A DNA stretch of 64,000 bases from Fistulifera solaris (Eukaryota), in NCBI GenBank assembly GCA_030295235.1, contig AP026164.1, positions 2,294,001 to 2,358,000 of the forward strand, written 5' to 3'. Position 1 is the first letter of the stretch; each line of letters begins with the position of its first letter. Of this stretch, positions 22,017 to 33,947 are shown one piece after another. Under the pieces are notes generated by a model. The model was not told the origin of the DNA, ran no database searches, and saw nothing but the letters and a program-made list of their open reading frames with translations. Both the position numbers and the translations under genes were made by a program.

Positions 22017-25000
22017 ATGTCGGAAGATGTCAATGAGTATGATGGCATATTCGGGTTCGGTTCAATCATCAACTCATCGACCCACGCGGCATGGCTGGAA
22101 AGCGAAAATGCTTCTTCCTTTGCGGGACGAATGGTTCGCGTCCGCGGGCAGTATCAGCGTGCGTGGAATTTTCGGTCGGCGACAGGCTTTACGGCCTTGG
22201 GTATTATAAAAAGCGATGAAGCGGTACACGTGATGAATGGAGTACTCTTCAAAATTCCGGCTAGTGTCATAGCCGATTTCGATCGACGCGAAGTCGGATA
22301 CGATCGAATTGAAATTCCACAGGATTGCATTGAGCTCTTGGCACCCGAATATCATGAAAAACCTCAGTTGGCCGACGAATTCGGTGACATGCCCGAGAAA
22401 GTGTGGATTTACATCCCTCAAGAGGGGCATGACGCTGACGAAAATCATCCTCTTCTTCAATCTTACGTCGATACAGTAATGCAAGGCTGTTTGGAATGGG
22501 GCGGACAGCCCATGGCACGAGAATTCGTTGCAACGACCGTTCAATGGAGTCCTTATTTCCTTAATGATACCCCATCGTCCCGACGTCCGTGGCTGTTTCG
22601 GAAAGAATACGATACGATCGATAAAATTCTCCGTGAGACCCCGTCAACGCATTTCACTGAACGAAAGCACCCAGAAGAATTCGCTTCCGCTTTTCTTTCC
22701 AACATGCGTGGCATCTGGTCGGTACCGCGACGCAATACAACGTTCACCGGACGGGATAATGTTCTTTGCAAATGCATCAGACTCTCACAACACAATCCAA
22801 GTTGGAAGTCGTGGGAATGGGCGGCGTCGGAAAGACTCAGCTGTGTACGGAATATTGCTATCGATACTATCCTTCTTACTATGGACTAGCGATCTGGCTC
22901 AATGCCGAAAGTGCGGAAACTTTGGCTGCCAACTATCGCCAGCTCATGGCCGATACGACCGATGTCGATGTCAAAGATAAGGATGCTGACGAAGTTGTTA
23001 CCGAGGTAAAAGCCCGTCTGTATCGCTTGAAAGTACCATGGCTTCTTGTATTTGACAATCTGGAGGATCATTCGTTGCTCGAGAAATTCGTGCCTCGCGG
23101 AGGGGCCAGTGGGCACGTTTTAGTGACCTCACGATGGGTGGAGTCTGTAAGTTATGTGACAACGCTTTCCTTGGACTGTTTTGACTCCGCTGAGTCGGTC
23201 GAGTTTCTCTGTCGGTCCGCTGGGGAACGTAATGTACAAGGGAAAGATAACTTAAAAGCCGCCCGAGCGCTGGCTGACCGTTTGGGGCATTTACCGCTAG
23301 CCCTCGGTATGGCAGCCGCATATATGCAGCGATGTGATGTCACTTGCTCGGAATATTTGAATCGATATCATCAAAGTGGTACTCTGCTTGCCCATCGGGC
23401 CAGTAAGCTTGTTGACTATCCGCTAGGAGTCGCCTCAAGTCTCTCGCTCAGTCTGAACGTTATTCAACGGGAAAACAACGAAGCTTTCGAGCTCCTCCAC
23501 TTACTGGGTTGGCTTGGTCCTGATCAGATTACAAAAGCCCTACTGCGATCTCTGTTGACTGCAAAATCAGAAAGGAAGAGCACCGACGAAGAAATGGCAC
23601 TGGTGGCCTCCGCGAGGAAGCAGCGCCTACACAATGCATGTATTTGTTTCTCTCTCACGACAATGTTGGTCGTCACTACAGCCCGACTATCGAAGCAGCG
23701 TTTACGAAACGCAGGGCTTGTGTCGGCTATTTGTGTTGTGTCGACTGTGTTTCATTTGTCAAAAAGCTCGCGCGAAGTACCGGTGAGAACCAGAAAACCA
23801 TCTATTAGTTCTTTCGTGTACGAGGAAACGGACGAAATCTGGAATATATTGAAATCATTTTCCATAATTACCGTCAAACACGGAAAAGGCTCTATGCACC
23901 GCCTTTTGGCACAAGCTCTCAGACATGCACAAAGCGAAGATCTAGCTTGCCGAAATTTGGAAATATGTTTACGTGCTGTGCTAATGGGATGGACTTTTAG
24001 ACCAGAGAAGACCGAAACATGGCAAGCTTCTCTTGCCATTTTGGAACATGCGAAGTCCGTGACAATGCACTCTTTTGAACACAAGACATCAATGCTTGTC
24101 GAAATCGCGAGGTTATCAAAGGAAATAGGCATACTTGCTACAATGGTGCTGAATCGTTTTGTTGAAGCAGAAAGTGCTTTAGAGCACTCGTTAAAGGTAA
24201 TATGTCAGGCCGAACGGACTACTCATACACACCGCATAGTGCAGGCTGAGTCATTGTATGAACTTGGTAGGGTTTTGCGTTACCAAGGGAACTTTGAAAA
24301 GTCTGAGGAAAAACTGCGAGAGTCCCTCATGATTCGAAAGAATCTTAGTCGTCACGATCCTACAATACATCAAGCCATCGCTGAGACGCTACATGAGATC
24401 GGTATGAATGAAGTGAAGCGGCATAACCTTGATTCTGCTGCATCATTCTTCCAGCAGGCTCTTGAGATTAAACAACTCATGGATGCTGAATACAGCTCAA
24501 TACATAGAGATCAACTAGATGCCAGCTACGCCAAAACCTTGCATCAGCTTGCAGCCGTATATGTTGCAAGAAAGCCCCCTTCATTAGCCAAAGCCGAGTC
24601 ATTGTTGCAAGAAGCGCTGAGTCACAGCACCCAGATAGGTCAACGAGCTGCTACACTCAAAGAACTAGCCCGGGTTACCATGCGCCAAGGCCTTCTAGAT
24701 CGCGCAGAACTTTATCTGGCTCAAGCCTTGGAGCTCTACGAAGAGCTTTACGGTGAAAACGCCTCTCACATCAACGTCGCGGCGGTAAAATTCCAGCAAG
24801 GAGCCTTAGAATCACAACGCGCTAGGTTGGAGGAGGCCTGGGTCTGCTTCTCGGACTGCTTACGAATCCGACGCCAGGTGTATGCTTATGCTCGAAACCA
24901 GTCTGACAATTCCGACGAGAATCCTGCCCATCTCGATGTTTCATCTGTACTTCACGAGCTGGGGCACGTTGCTTATAATCAGCACAACGTGAAGTCCGCG

Positions 25001-25631
25001 CTCGAGATGCTCAAAGCCGAAAGATCCGTTTTAGAAAGACTTTTCGAAACGACGCCTACAGAAAGAATCACGCAAGCTCGCTTAACGAACCTCACGTGGA
25101 TGAAAAAGTGCTATCAAACGATTGGTGACGAAGAAGCGATGCTTCAAATCGCTACGGAAAGAAAGGGATTGAAACTCAGAAAGAAAGTTACCGAAAACGA
25201 CTCAAAGCACCATATAAGCGACAATAATTTGGAAAATAGGACTCCGATTCAAGTCGAATCGTTGCGATGCCGTCTTGTAGTCAGGCAGTTTGCGCTGGCC
25301 AGTGATACGGAACGAGCTGCGTTCAACGGCGACGTTCAGACCGTTCTCGCCGAGCTGGATATCGCAATCAGCAATTCCGAGTCAAATTCTATGCGATCAG
25401 GTGCCATAATATTTTATAACACTGTGACCAAAGCGCTTGCTTCCAAGCAAGTGGTCCCCAAAGACGTCTTGCTGCGAGCTTGTGACGATTTGCGGTAAGC
25501 AGACAGTCTCTCTTGCGATTTTTTTTGTTAGTTCGTCACCAACAACTGTTCCCCACTTTTTCACCTACATCAGGGATGTCCTTCGTGATCAAGGTATACA
25601 AGTCAATGATATGATGCAAAAAGCTTTGTAA
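22017..25631 (+). CDS. NLR-like STAND protein: GGCT-like domain, NB-ARC, TPR repeats (frameshift ~22766; intron 25495-25573)
   Basis: GIFGFGSIIN and FDRREVGY (GGCT fold); VPRRNTTFTGR pre-NB motif; Walker A GMGGVGKT; Walker B LLVFDNLED; VTSR; GHLPLAL; MHRLL; multiple TPRs (AESLYELGRVLRYQGNFEKSEEKLRESL). Confidence 0.85.
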
Positions 25632-25714
25632 CATTATTCTATATGTGTCTCTTGAGGACAAAACGCTGTGAAGTTGCTTGTTGCTAGGGTACTGAATTAG
25701 AGTTGTAAACCGTA

Positions 25715-26489
25715 TTAGAACATTCCAAACAATTTCTTCTTGTCACCCGGAGCGTTTTGTAGCTTTTCCACGAGAAATTCCTGCACATCGCCACCGAATG
25801 CCTTGGCATAGTTCGGTCGTTTCGCGCAAGCTTGCATGTAGCTTTGCACGTTAGGCCATTGACTCATGTCTTGAAGCACAGTAGGAAAGAACTGCAATGT
25901 ATACAACAAATAAGACGAAACAGCCACATCGGCACAAGAAAATCCAGCATCCGGGACGAGCCACATTGACCCAGTTTTCTTTTGATTGGCTTGCAGAATC
26001 TCTTCGAGTCGATTGATGCGTTTGTTGGGCTTTCGCAGGCCCGTATCGTACACTTTGCCTTCGGGTGTCTCCCAAGAAACAAATGGGATCCAGTGACGCG
26101 TTGGCCCACACAATCCAGGCCGTGACCGCCGCGGCCGCTGCCGGACTCATTTTATCGGCCGCAAATTTCTGATGCAAATACTGCAGAATGGCACCAGATT
26201 CAAAGACGACAACATCGTTGTCGTCCGTCAGACACGGAAGTTGACCGAATGGATGGGGATTCTGTTGTAAATTACCCATAGCAAAGTTGACACCCAGTTC
26301 GAAACAAGCCCAGTTGACCAACGGAGAGCGAGAACCGGGATGGCCATAAATGGTGACTGGCAAGGCCGTGCTGGACGTGGCAGAGGAGGAAGGCCTCGTC
26401 TGCAGCGAACGATGGGCTTTGTGTGGGCTAAATGAGTCCGCGGTCGCCAGTAAGAGCGCAACGAACCCGATACAAGCTAGAAGAGTCAT
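25715..26489 (-). CDS. Glutathione S-transferase with signal peptide/plastid-type presequence; frameshift near 26090
   Basis: GSRSPLVNW, NPHPFGQLPCL, FESGAILQYL and FSCADVAVSSYL. N-terminal signal ending ATADSF (ASAFAP-like). Confidence 0.9.
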
Positions 26490-27126
26490 GGTGAATGCTT
26501 AAGACACATGAAATAGACGACTATTTTCTTCTCTTCGCCTTGGATTGCTTTGTTCTGTGTTTATTTTCTCGATAAAAATCAAGGAGAGCGCGATCGAGTG
26601 AATAATAATTAACAGTGCACTGTCGTAAAACACGTCATCGCCTTGACTATAGACACAAAATGTATTCTCAACTTTTCCACGACTGCACTTCAGTCATGAA
26701 TCATCCATTCCGAGTCAGTCGTCGTCTTCGTCGTGGCGAAATGCTACTGTTCGTTCTGCTAGCTTGGTAAACGGTAAACCATCTTTGACTTTATCGCAAT
26801 GCGCTTAACTTGAGCAGCATTTGCATTACACGCCTCGATTGCCTTGAAACTCGATAGCGTATACCCTGGTAGCCAAAGAAAGTCTCAACGTGTTCACGAC
26901 TGGATTTTTAGTCACGAGGCTAGCTGTTTCTCGCGACCTCTTTTTTGTTTATTTGCTGAGCATAAAAAACGTCCCCCTTCCATCGTATACCTCTTTCAGC
27001 AAAACATTATGCATCTCATGACGCAGCGTCCCACTTATATTTTTACTAGTGAACTGATTTGTTGGTTGCTGGCCCTACAATTGCTTTCCCAACGTTACAT
27101 CGAAGCTTCGATCTTTTCATAGAAGC

Positions 27127-29726
27127 ATGACACCGGATTGTCAGTGCACGGGGTGCATTCATCCGGATTGTGGGAAATGTCAGGCCTGTCGAGAAAGCAA
27201 CGGTGGTCTTTGTTTGCTACGAAGATGTCAAAGGTTTGCTTATTTGCTTGCATCGGAAGAAAAATGGCAGAAAGAGGTACACAGAGTGAATAGCAGTGCG
27301 CACTGCAACGCTCGTTCTGCGAAAACGCTTCCGCGGTACATCCAATCGACAAAACAGAGTGATAGAGATCCTCATCATAACACGGTACCCATCTTGCCCA
27401 AAAGTCTTTCCACGATACACGAAGACATCAAGGTAACGCGTCCAAAAGCCTTTCCTTGCGGAACATGCTCGCAGTGCCTCCTGGGAGCGTGTCAAATCTG
27501 CTCCTCCTGCCTTGACACGACGCGAAAAAAGAAATGCCCATTTCTGGTTTGCGAGGATGTTGCATATTCGATTCACCAAATCAAAAGTGCAGAGCGTATG
27601 GCTCGGCGAGCCTTCCAGGCGCACCCACAACGGTTGTTGAGAGGTTTCGAGAGTCTTTACGGCGTCGATGGATTCATGACACGACAAAAAACCGAACGGC
27701 AAAAGGAAAAAGAATCTCTTTACAACAACATGTTTGGTGAAAAGATGATACGCCACATCGACACATTATGCTCCGATCCCGATTTCCTCGCACACCCAAA
27801 GCGCGTAAAACAGACGATGATAGCATCGTCCGGACAAGTACGTCCTCTTGGAATGATAACAAAATCGCCAAGGTTACTCCCTGTCAAGTCTTGAACGATA
27901 CCAAGAGAAGCCAAAATAATACATGGCATACTTCCGATACATGCGAAATTTTCGCCGACAATCCAAGTGCTCATAGTCTTGACTGTCGGTCTCTCGAAAC
28001 AGGGCACAAACGAAAAGTTGAAGACGATACCTATGCAATACAAAAAGCGAAAATCGCAAGGACGAATCGATACGATGACTTTGCATCGTCTCGATTGAAG
28101 TTGCCTCCCAAACAACTTTTCGTCGATCCTCTCAACGACAAAGTGGCTCCGCTGACATCGCTAAAGCAAGAACCCAAAAATCCGTGCCCACGTTGTAGAA
28201 TTGTGACTGTGCGCGGACTTTGTTTCGACTGCAATCGGATTCAAAATATCAACTCGAATGACATTCTTTTTTCTCATGCCAAGATGGATCCAGCAAAGAA
28301 GGCTCGTGTGATGCAGTATATTCAATCTTCATTGCGCGTCTCTACGATGAAAAACGATTTCAGCAGTGGAGCTTCGTCTGTCCATAACGAGCAAACGAAA
28401 TTGAAAGTCAAGTTCGACGATTCCTCTTATGAGTACATGGAGCGTCTGTGGCGTGATCGCGATCATCTGTACCTTTTTGGAGATCGGATACTGCGCCATC
28501 CGGCTTCGTTTGTTGCCGGTATCGACGCATCAACACGCCGTGGTAAGTGCGCCATTTGCAAATAGTGAATGGTCATCTTTATCTCATCGATAGTATGGCA
28601 GATGGTGCACGCCGCAAAGAGGATGAGGTGCGAGGCAACGATGGCGGAGGTCCCACACGCCAGTTTCTTTCTATGTTCTGGCGCTACCTACCAAATGTGA
28701 CTGTAACGAACAAGATTTATGGCAAGTTCAGTTTATTTGAGGAAACGAACACTACTTATCTGCGACCGCTATGCGACGACAAAATCTACAGATTGATGGA
28801 AGACTACTACAAGTTAGAAGAGACCTCAATCTATCGCTGCTACAGAGCCTTGGGGCGAATGATTGGTTTTTGCATTCTGCATCAATTTCACATTAACCAT
28901 AATGTCCTTTCTAAAATCCATCGCAACTACCTTTTTCGCGGTGCTTCTCCCAAAGATTCTTTCGGTACCAACGTCAAGGACACGCTGTGTAATAATCTGG
29001 GAACTCTCCTCGATTGCGAAGCTGATAAAGTGATAAACCTTGATCAAAGACTCCGAGATGATGCTTATGAAATCTATATCGAGCAAAATATGATTTTTCT
29101 CGAAGCGGTGAAAGAAGGAATGCGATTGGGTACGTTCAATAGATGTCATCTGACTGAACGAAACTATTCTCGTTCGCCTCACGCTATTCAAAACTGAGCC
29201 AGAAGTTATGACTGCCGAGACTATCCCGGAGACTTTCAGCTGCATCGATCCGTCGTTGATAGATGAATTATTTTTTGGAACGACAACATTCGATGTTGAA
29301 GACTTGATTGCCGCATTGAGACCCGTTTACGCAGGTGAAGCCGAACATGGGTCTTCAGACCCAAACATCATTAATCGACTAGTGATACAGAAGAAGACGC
29401 TACGAAGAAACGGTATGGGTAGCCAACCAGAGGGTGCTTTTGTAAATGTTATCCGCTCGTTGAATCGCTGTAACAAGGACTTCCTGACCACTTTCGTACT
29501 GTATGTGACCGGATATGAGTACTTGCCAGCAGCTCACACCATCAACATTGAATTCAATTACAAAGAAATGCCCAGCAACGATGCTTTACCCGTCAGCCAT
29601 ACTTGTGTGAACACTCTGAAACTGCCTGGTCTGGCTTATAATGCGAACGAAGATCTCATCAGAGAAAAACTAAGTATGGCGTTGAGTTATCTCAAACAAT
29701 CAAAACTTGAGTTCAACATGAAATAG
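27127..29726 (+). CDS. HECT E3 ubiquitin ligase with two N-terminal CXXC-type zinc fingers; introns ~28543-28593 and ~29130-29202, indels
   Basis: HECT motifs GNDGGGPTRQF, ALGRMIGFCILH, FVLYVTG and LPVSHTCVNTLKLP (catalytic Cys). Two 8-Cys CXXC-like clusters at the N-terminus. Joining into one gene is inferred. Confidence 0.7.
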
Positions 29727-29778
29727 AACGACACGACTACTTCCTATCAATATATTCAGCCGACATGAAGGAAAAATT

Positions 29779-31269
29779 TTACCATGTCGTGTTCACCGAC
29801 TCTATATTGTTGATGTTGCACGAAGAGGAATTCGATTTATCTGAATTACTAGTGTTCTTCTTCGTCACTACTGTCTGTGTCACCGAAGACATCAAAAGAT
29901 TTTGAAATACCTTTCCGTGCTGTCGCAGACGGTTCGTGCTCAAACAGCAATCCAGTTGGTTGGCTACAACCTGCGAAGCGCGTCGGATCCCCATCAAGTT
30001 GGCCGCATCAGGACCGGTATACAGTGAACTCAACGCTCCAACAACAAACATGTGAGGCGCGAGTTGTAAGTCTTGCGTTACTGCAGGGAGACCACCGTGA
30101 ATGCCGAGCTCCGGGTGCATCTTTTGAATGCTTCTAATGAGTGAATGAGCCTCACAGTCAGGTTGATATCCACAAGCTAAAATGATAGCATCAAAGTCGT
30201 AAGAATGGTCTCCAATCTGCGTCCGAATATATTTCCCTTCTTCTATGTCCTCGCACAAAATCTTGGGAGTCCCTACAACACGATGCAACAAACCCTGCTG
30301 TTCGAGGCGCTCTAAATCTTTCATATAACCAGGCGGGACGCTGCCTCCGCCTCTCGTGCCTTTTAACAGAGCCAGTCGTTCTTTGATGGATAAGTGATAA
30401 AAGTCGTATAAACACTTATTGGTGTGTCGTTTGTCAAACCATTCGACCGGAATATCAAAATGTCGGCTGGAGAGCGTACGACGGCTGCACAAAACTACTT
30501 GCCGTGCTGTTTTGGCACAACGTTGCGCCACTTGAACAGCCGTTAAACCGCCCCCTAGTACAAGGACTGACCGTGGAGAGCACGCCAAGACGCTCGTCAT
30601 GTCCGTCCATTGACACACGCGGGGGAAGGAACGCATGTGGGAAAGAGATGTGGGCCAGATGGGGCGACCAATGGGACCCATGGCAAGAATCAAATGATCC
30701 GTGCCAACAAGGACATGCTCTTCGTTCATCGTTTCAACAGTCAATTGAAAACGACGAGAACCGCCGCCACGCTCGACATGGATAGCACTTCCTTGCAAAA
30801 AGTCGTGTTTAAGCCGTTGACTCAAATCGTCACAAAAATCACGAAATAAACGAGCTGAAGGAAGTTTCCACAACCCAATCTGCGATTGTCCCAACGGCAA
30901 TAGCTCTTTGCGGTCGAAGAGACCTGATTCATGGAGTTCGTCAACTCGATTATGCTCGACGGCAAACGCGAGCAAAGCATTGGCATCAAAGAGATTCGGA
31001 TGTGCCAATGCCGGTGATCGAAGGTGCTCGATCTGAAGTGTCGCGAACGAATTGTTCCATTTCTGCATCCATGACGAATGGGGATCAACAATACAAACCG
31101 AAAGGGTATCAGTCTTCTTTTGACGCCGAAAAAAGGTGTGCGCTCTCTCGATCTGCTCGTCATTCAAGACGTCCAAGGAGTACGGTTCTCGGATTGCTGA
31201 CAGGCTCGCAAGACCGGCGGGCCCCGAGCCGACGATACAGATATCGTATGAATAGTTCGAATTGACCAT
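29779..31269 (-). CDS. FAD/NAD(P)-dependent oxidoreductase (flavoprotein monooxygenase-like); C-terminus probably frameshifted
   Basis: DICIVGSGPAG and VLVLGGGLTA Rossmann motifs, IEHLRSP, ILACGY and GPDAANLMG. Confidence 0.85.
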   Translation of the reverse strand: MVNSNYSYDICIVGSGPAGLASLSAIREPYSLDVLNDEQIERAHTFFRRQKKTDTLSVCIVDPHSSWMQKWNNSFATLQIEHLRSPALAHPNLFDANALLAFAVEHNRVDELHESGLFDRKELLPLGQSQIGLWKLPSARLFRDFCDDLSQRLKHDFLQGSAIHVERGGGSRRFQLTVETMNEEHVLVGTDHLILAMGPIGRPIWPTSLSHMRSFPRVCQWTDMTSVLACSPRSVLVLGGGLTAVQVAQRCAKTARQVVLCSRRTLSSRHFDIPVEWFDKRHTNKCLYDFYHLSIKERLALLKGTRGGGSVPPGYMKDLERLEQQGLLHRVVGTPKILCEDIEEGKYIRTQIGDHSYDFDAIILACGYQPDCEAHSLIRSIQKMHPELGIHGGLPAVTQDLQLAPHMFVVGALSSLYTGPDAANLMGIRRASQVVANQLDCCLSTNRLRQHGKVFQNLLMSSVTQTVVTKKNTSNSDKSNSSSCNINNIESVNTTW

Positions 31270-31762
31270 CTTTGTTTACGAAAGGTAGAAAGGAATGTCA
31301 TAAAGATAGAGTCGAGACTGTGATAGCGTTCGATGTGTGAGAAAGGTGCCAAAGATGATTAGAAGACGAAAACGTCGCGCCGATTAAGGCTTTTTTAAAA
31401 TCTCCTCTTCCTGCATGTAGGCTTTTAATAAAGGCCCATTGTGTTTAAGTAGTAAGTAGTATGGCCTATAGAGCGTTAAGTACTCGAAAAGGAGGCGTTC
31501 CTTTGTTATTGACGCTTTTTGTGAAGCAATCAAAACGCATGAGTCGAAAGCCTTTGGCCTAACAAGTCTTGCGGCAAATGAGTCACTATTGATCTCTATC
31601 TCCGGAGAGAATAAAGGATACTTGCTCCTCTCGCCACGTTTTCGCCCCCGTGTGCTTGAGTTGCGCCCGAGAAGCAACGAGAAGTTAGATCCAAAAATAT
31701 GAGATACTTTCAAATCCAATTATCTTCATCTAGTCTATCCTGCTCTTTTTATTTGACGTACA

Positions 31763-31797
31763 GGGTACCGTACCGATACCGGTACCGTACCGGTACC
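31763..31797. repeat. GTACC/GGTACC low-complexity repeat cluster
   Basis: gggtaccgtaccgataccggtaccgtaccggtacc; similar clusters near 9327-9425 and 21879-21895. Confidence 0.7.
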
Positions 31798-31935
31798 TGA
31801 CGACTGCTCATTCAGCAGTCCTTGCACTTGAACTTTGCTGGCACAGTCGCGCGATTGCGGACGCATGTGTGAGTCACGTCAAACCGTGATTCGAAAGTCA
31901 CGACATCGACATGCACCTCGAATCGCGATGCTGCG

Positions 31936-33513
31936 ATGATTGCATTACAAACCAAATTCGTTCGGTCGATGAATCCTGAAACCAAGAGGCAAAAGAAACA
32001 ATCGGTCTTACAATGTTTTATGCTAGCTCTTCTCTCGGCATGTTTCTTGATCGCAGCGAATACGATTTTTCATTCTGCGCAATGGATTACGGGTGAGTTT
32101 TCGAACTATCAGAAGCATAAGGAAGCTTTTCTGCAGTCTTCGGCCGTGAATACCACAAAATTAGAGCACAGAGAAAGGGGTATGTCCTCTTGTTTACTGG
32201 TGATGGATGATAATCATTTCTTGATCGAATGGCTGGCTTATCATTATCATGTACTGCCACTTCGTCATTTGATTGTCGCTGTCGATCCCCGTAGCCGAAC
32301 ATCTCCTAGGTCTATCTTGGAACGCTATCGAACACGGATCAATATCACGCTATGGAACGACAAAGATTATTATACAGCAAATCAGAAAGAGCGCGAGGAA
32401 GCGGAATACTGGGCGGAACGGAAATTTGGGAGCGATATACCCAAGTCGTTAATTCAGCATCGAGCTCGTCAACGCTTGTTTTATTATCATTGCATGCAAC
32501 ATTTAAAAGCCGAAGGACGCGAATGGACTTTATTGACGGATTCTGATGAATTCCTCCGCATCAATTATCAAACGGTACACCAGGTTTCAAATCCAGCGAT
32601 CGATTCGATCGTCATCCCACCGATTTCCGAGGAGGGCTCGGTACTAACATTTCTTCACCACAATCAACGCAACCCTGCTTTCAATATAAGCTCATCCGGT
32701 CCCTGTCTTCAAGTACCGCGAATCCGATTCGGTACTGTCGAACGAGACAACGTTCATGTCTCGGCTCATAATACCATCGGAATTAATGCGAGTGCACTGC
32801 AAACCACTCGCTTTCAGACACACGCCAAATCGGGCAATTATCCGCTCAATCGCATTTCCAAAGTGTTGGTCAATCTACAACAAGTCCCGTGGGAGGACTT
32901 GGTTCCCGTCGAAAGCATTCATTTACCGCTCAGACACCTGTGCAAACGACGCAAGTTGCACATTCGAACCCATCAACAAGTCTTGGTGTTACAACACTAT
33001 ATCGGAACGTGGCAGCAATATTCATTTCGGGAGGATGCCCGGACGGGGAATGAACGGAGTGCCCAGGTACGTGCCTTCTTATCGCTATGTTCTGACAGGT
33101 AGTGTACAATTGCTGATTGTGTGTCTTTCAAGTCGTATCAAAAGGCAGCCAACGTGGCACAAGAGACAGACGATGCGATTGTTCCGTGGATTCAAGGCTT
33201 TGTCGAACATCAGGGCCTTGCAGCAGCACAAGAGTTATTGAAAGATGTAGGTGAAGTGCCTGTCGTTTCACAAGTACCCTCTGTCAATAAGACGACACCT
33301 GTTAAGAAGTCGCTGGCAGCCAAGGAACCGCCAGCCAAGCCCGTGAGATGGCTACTCACCGATCCACCAACACCTAGCATCCAATTGTTACCTCTAGCTG
33401 CAACGAATCAAACCAAAGTGCCGCTCGTGTTGGCCGAAGGAGTCGAAAGCGTGGAAGGGGATGATGAAATCGCACCACCCGATAAGATTGATTGGGACAA
33501 AGCCTTTCCTTGA
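31936..33513 (+). CDS. Type II membrane glycosyltransferase, GT92/GT2-like (GT-A); intron 33067-33132
   Basis: N-terminal TM; SSCLLVMDDNHFLIEWLAYHY; WTLLTDSDEF (DxD); ISKVLV; LQHYIGTWQQY. In-frame GT-AG intron. Confidence 0.75.
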
Positions 33514-33947
33514 GGATTCTAAAATTTAGTTTCAATTTTAGGTTTTGATTCTGTTTATAGAGACGAAGTTACGACCAGATGTATTACTGGAGTATTTGTG
33601 CCCTAACTCTGAGTCGCATTTACCCGTTCACGAGCCGCTGTCCGTTGTTTACACATTGATGGACAGCTCAAATTTCCGGTGTCGTAGGTGTCAGTCAACA
33701 GTACAATCGTTACTCGACGAACGTCTCCCCGCGTCGCGGAACAAAGGATGTTCTGTATACGGTGCGGTTCGTCATACGACATCTTCATCACGTTCTTCGA
33801 ATAAGAAAAAAAAGCACAACGGCTCGCGGATACCATTCCACTCCGTTTCATCGAAATTTTGACGGACAGAATTTGCCCACGCTCGTGAACCATCACACGA
33901 AAATAAGTGACGGTGTGTTGTTGCTCGTCTCTCTGTTTCACTACAAG

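Noticed and set aside
22760..22770. Programmed ribosomal frameshift between the GGCT-like and NB-ARC parts
   Set aside because: No canonical slippery heptamer, and similar indels occur throughout the window, so assembly error is more likely.
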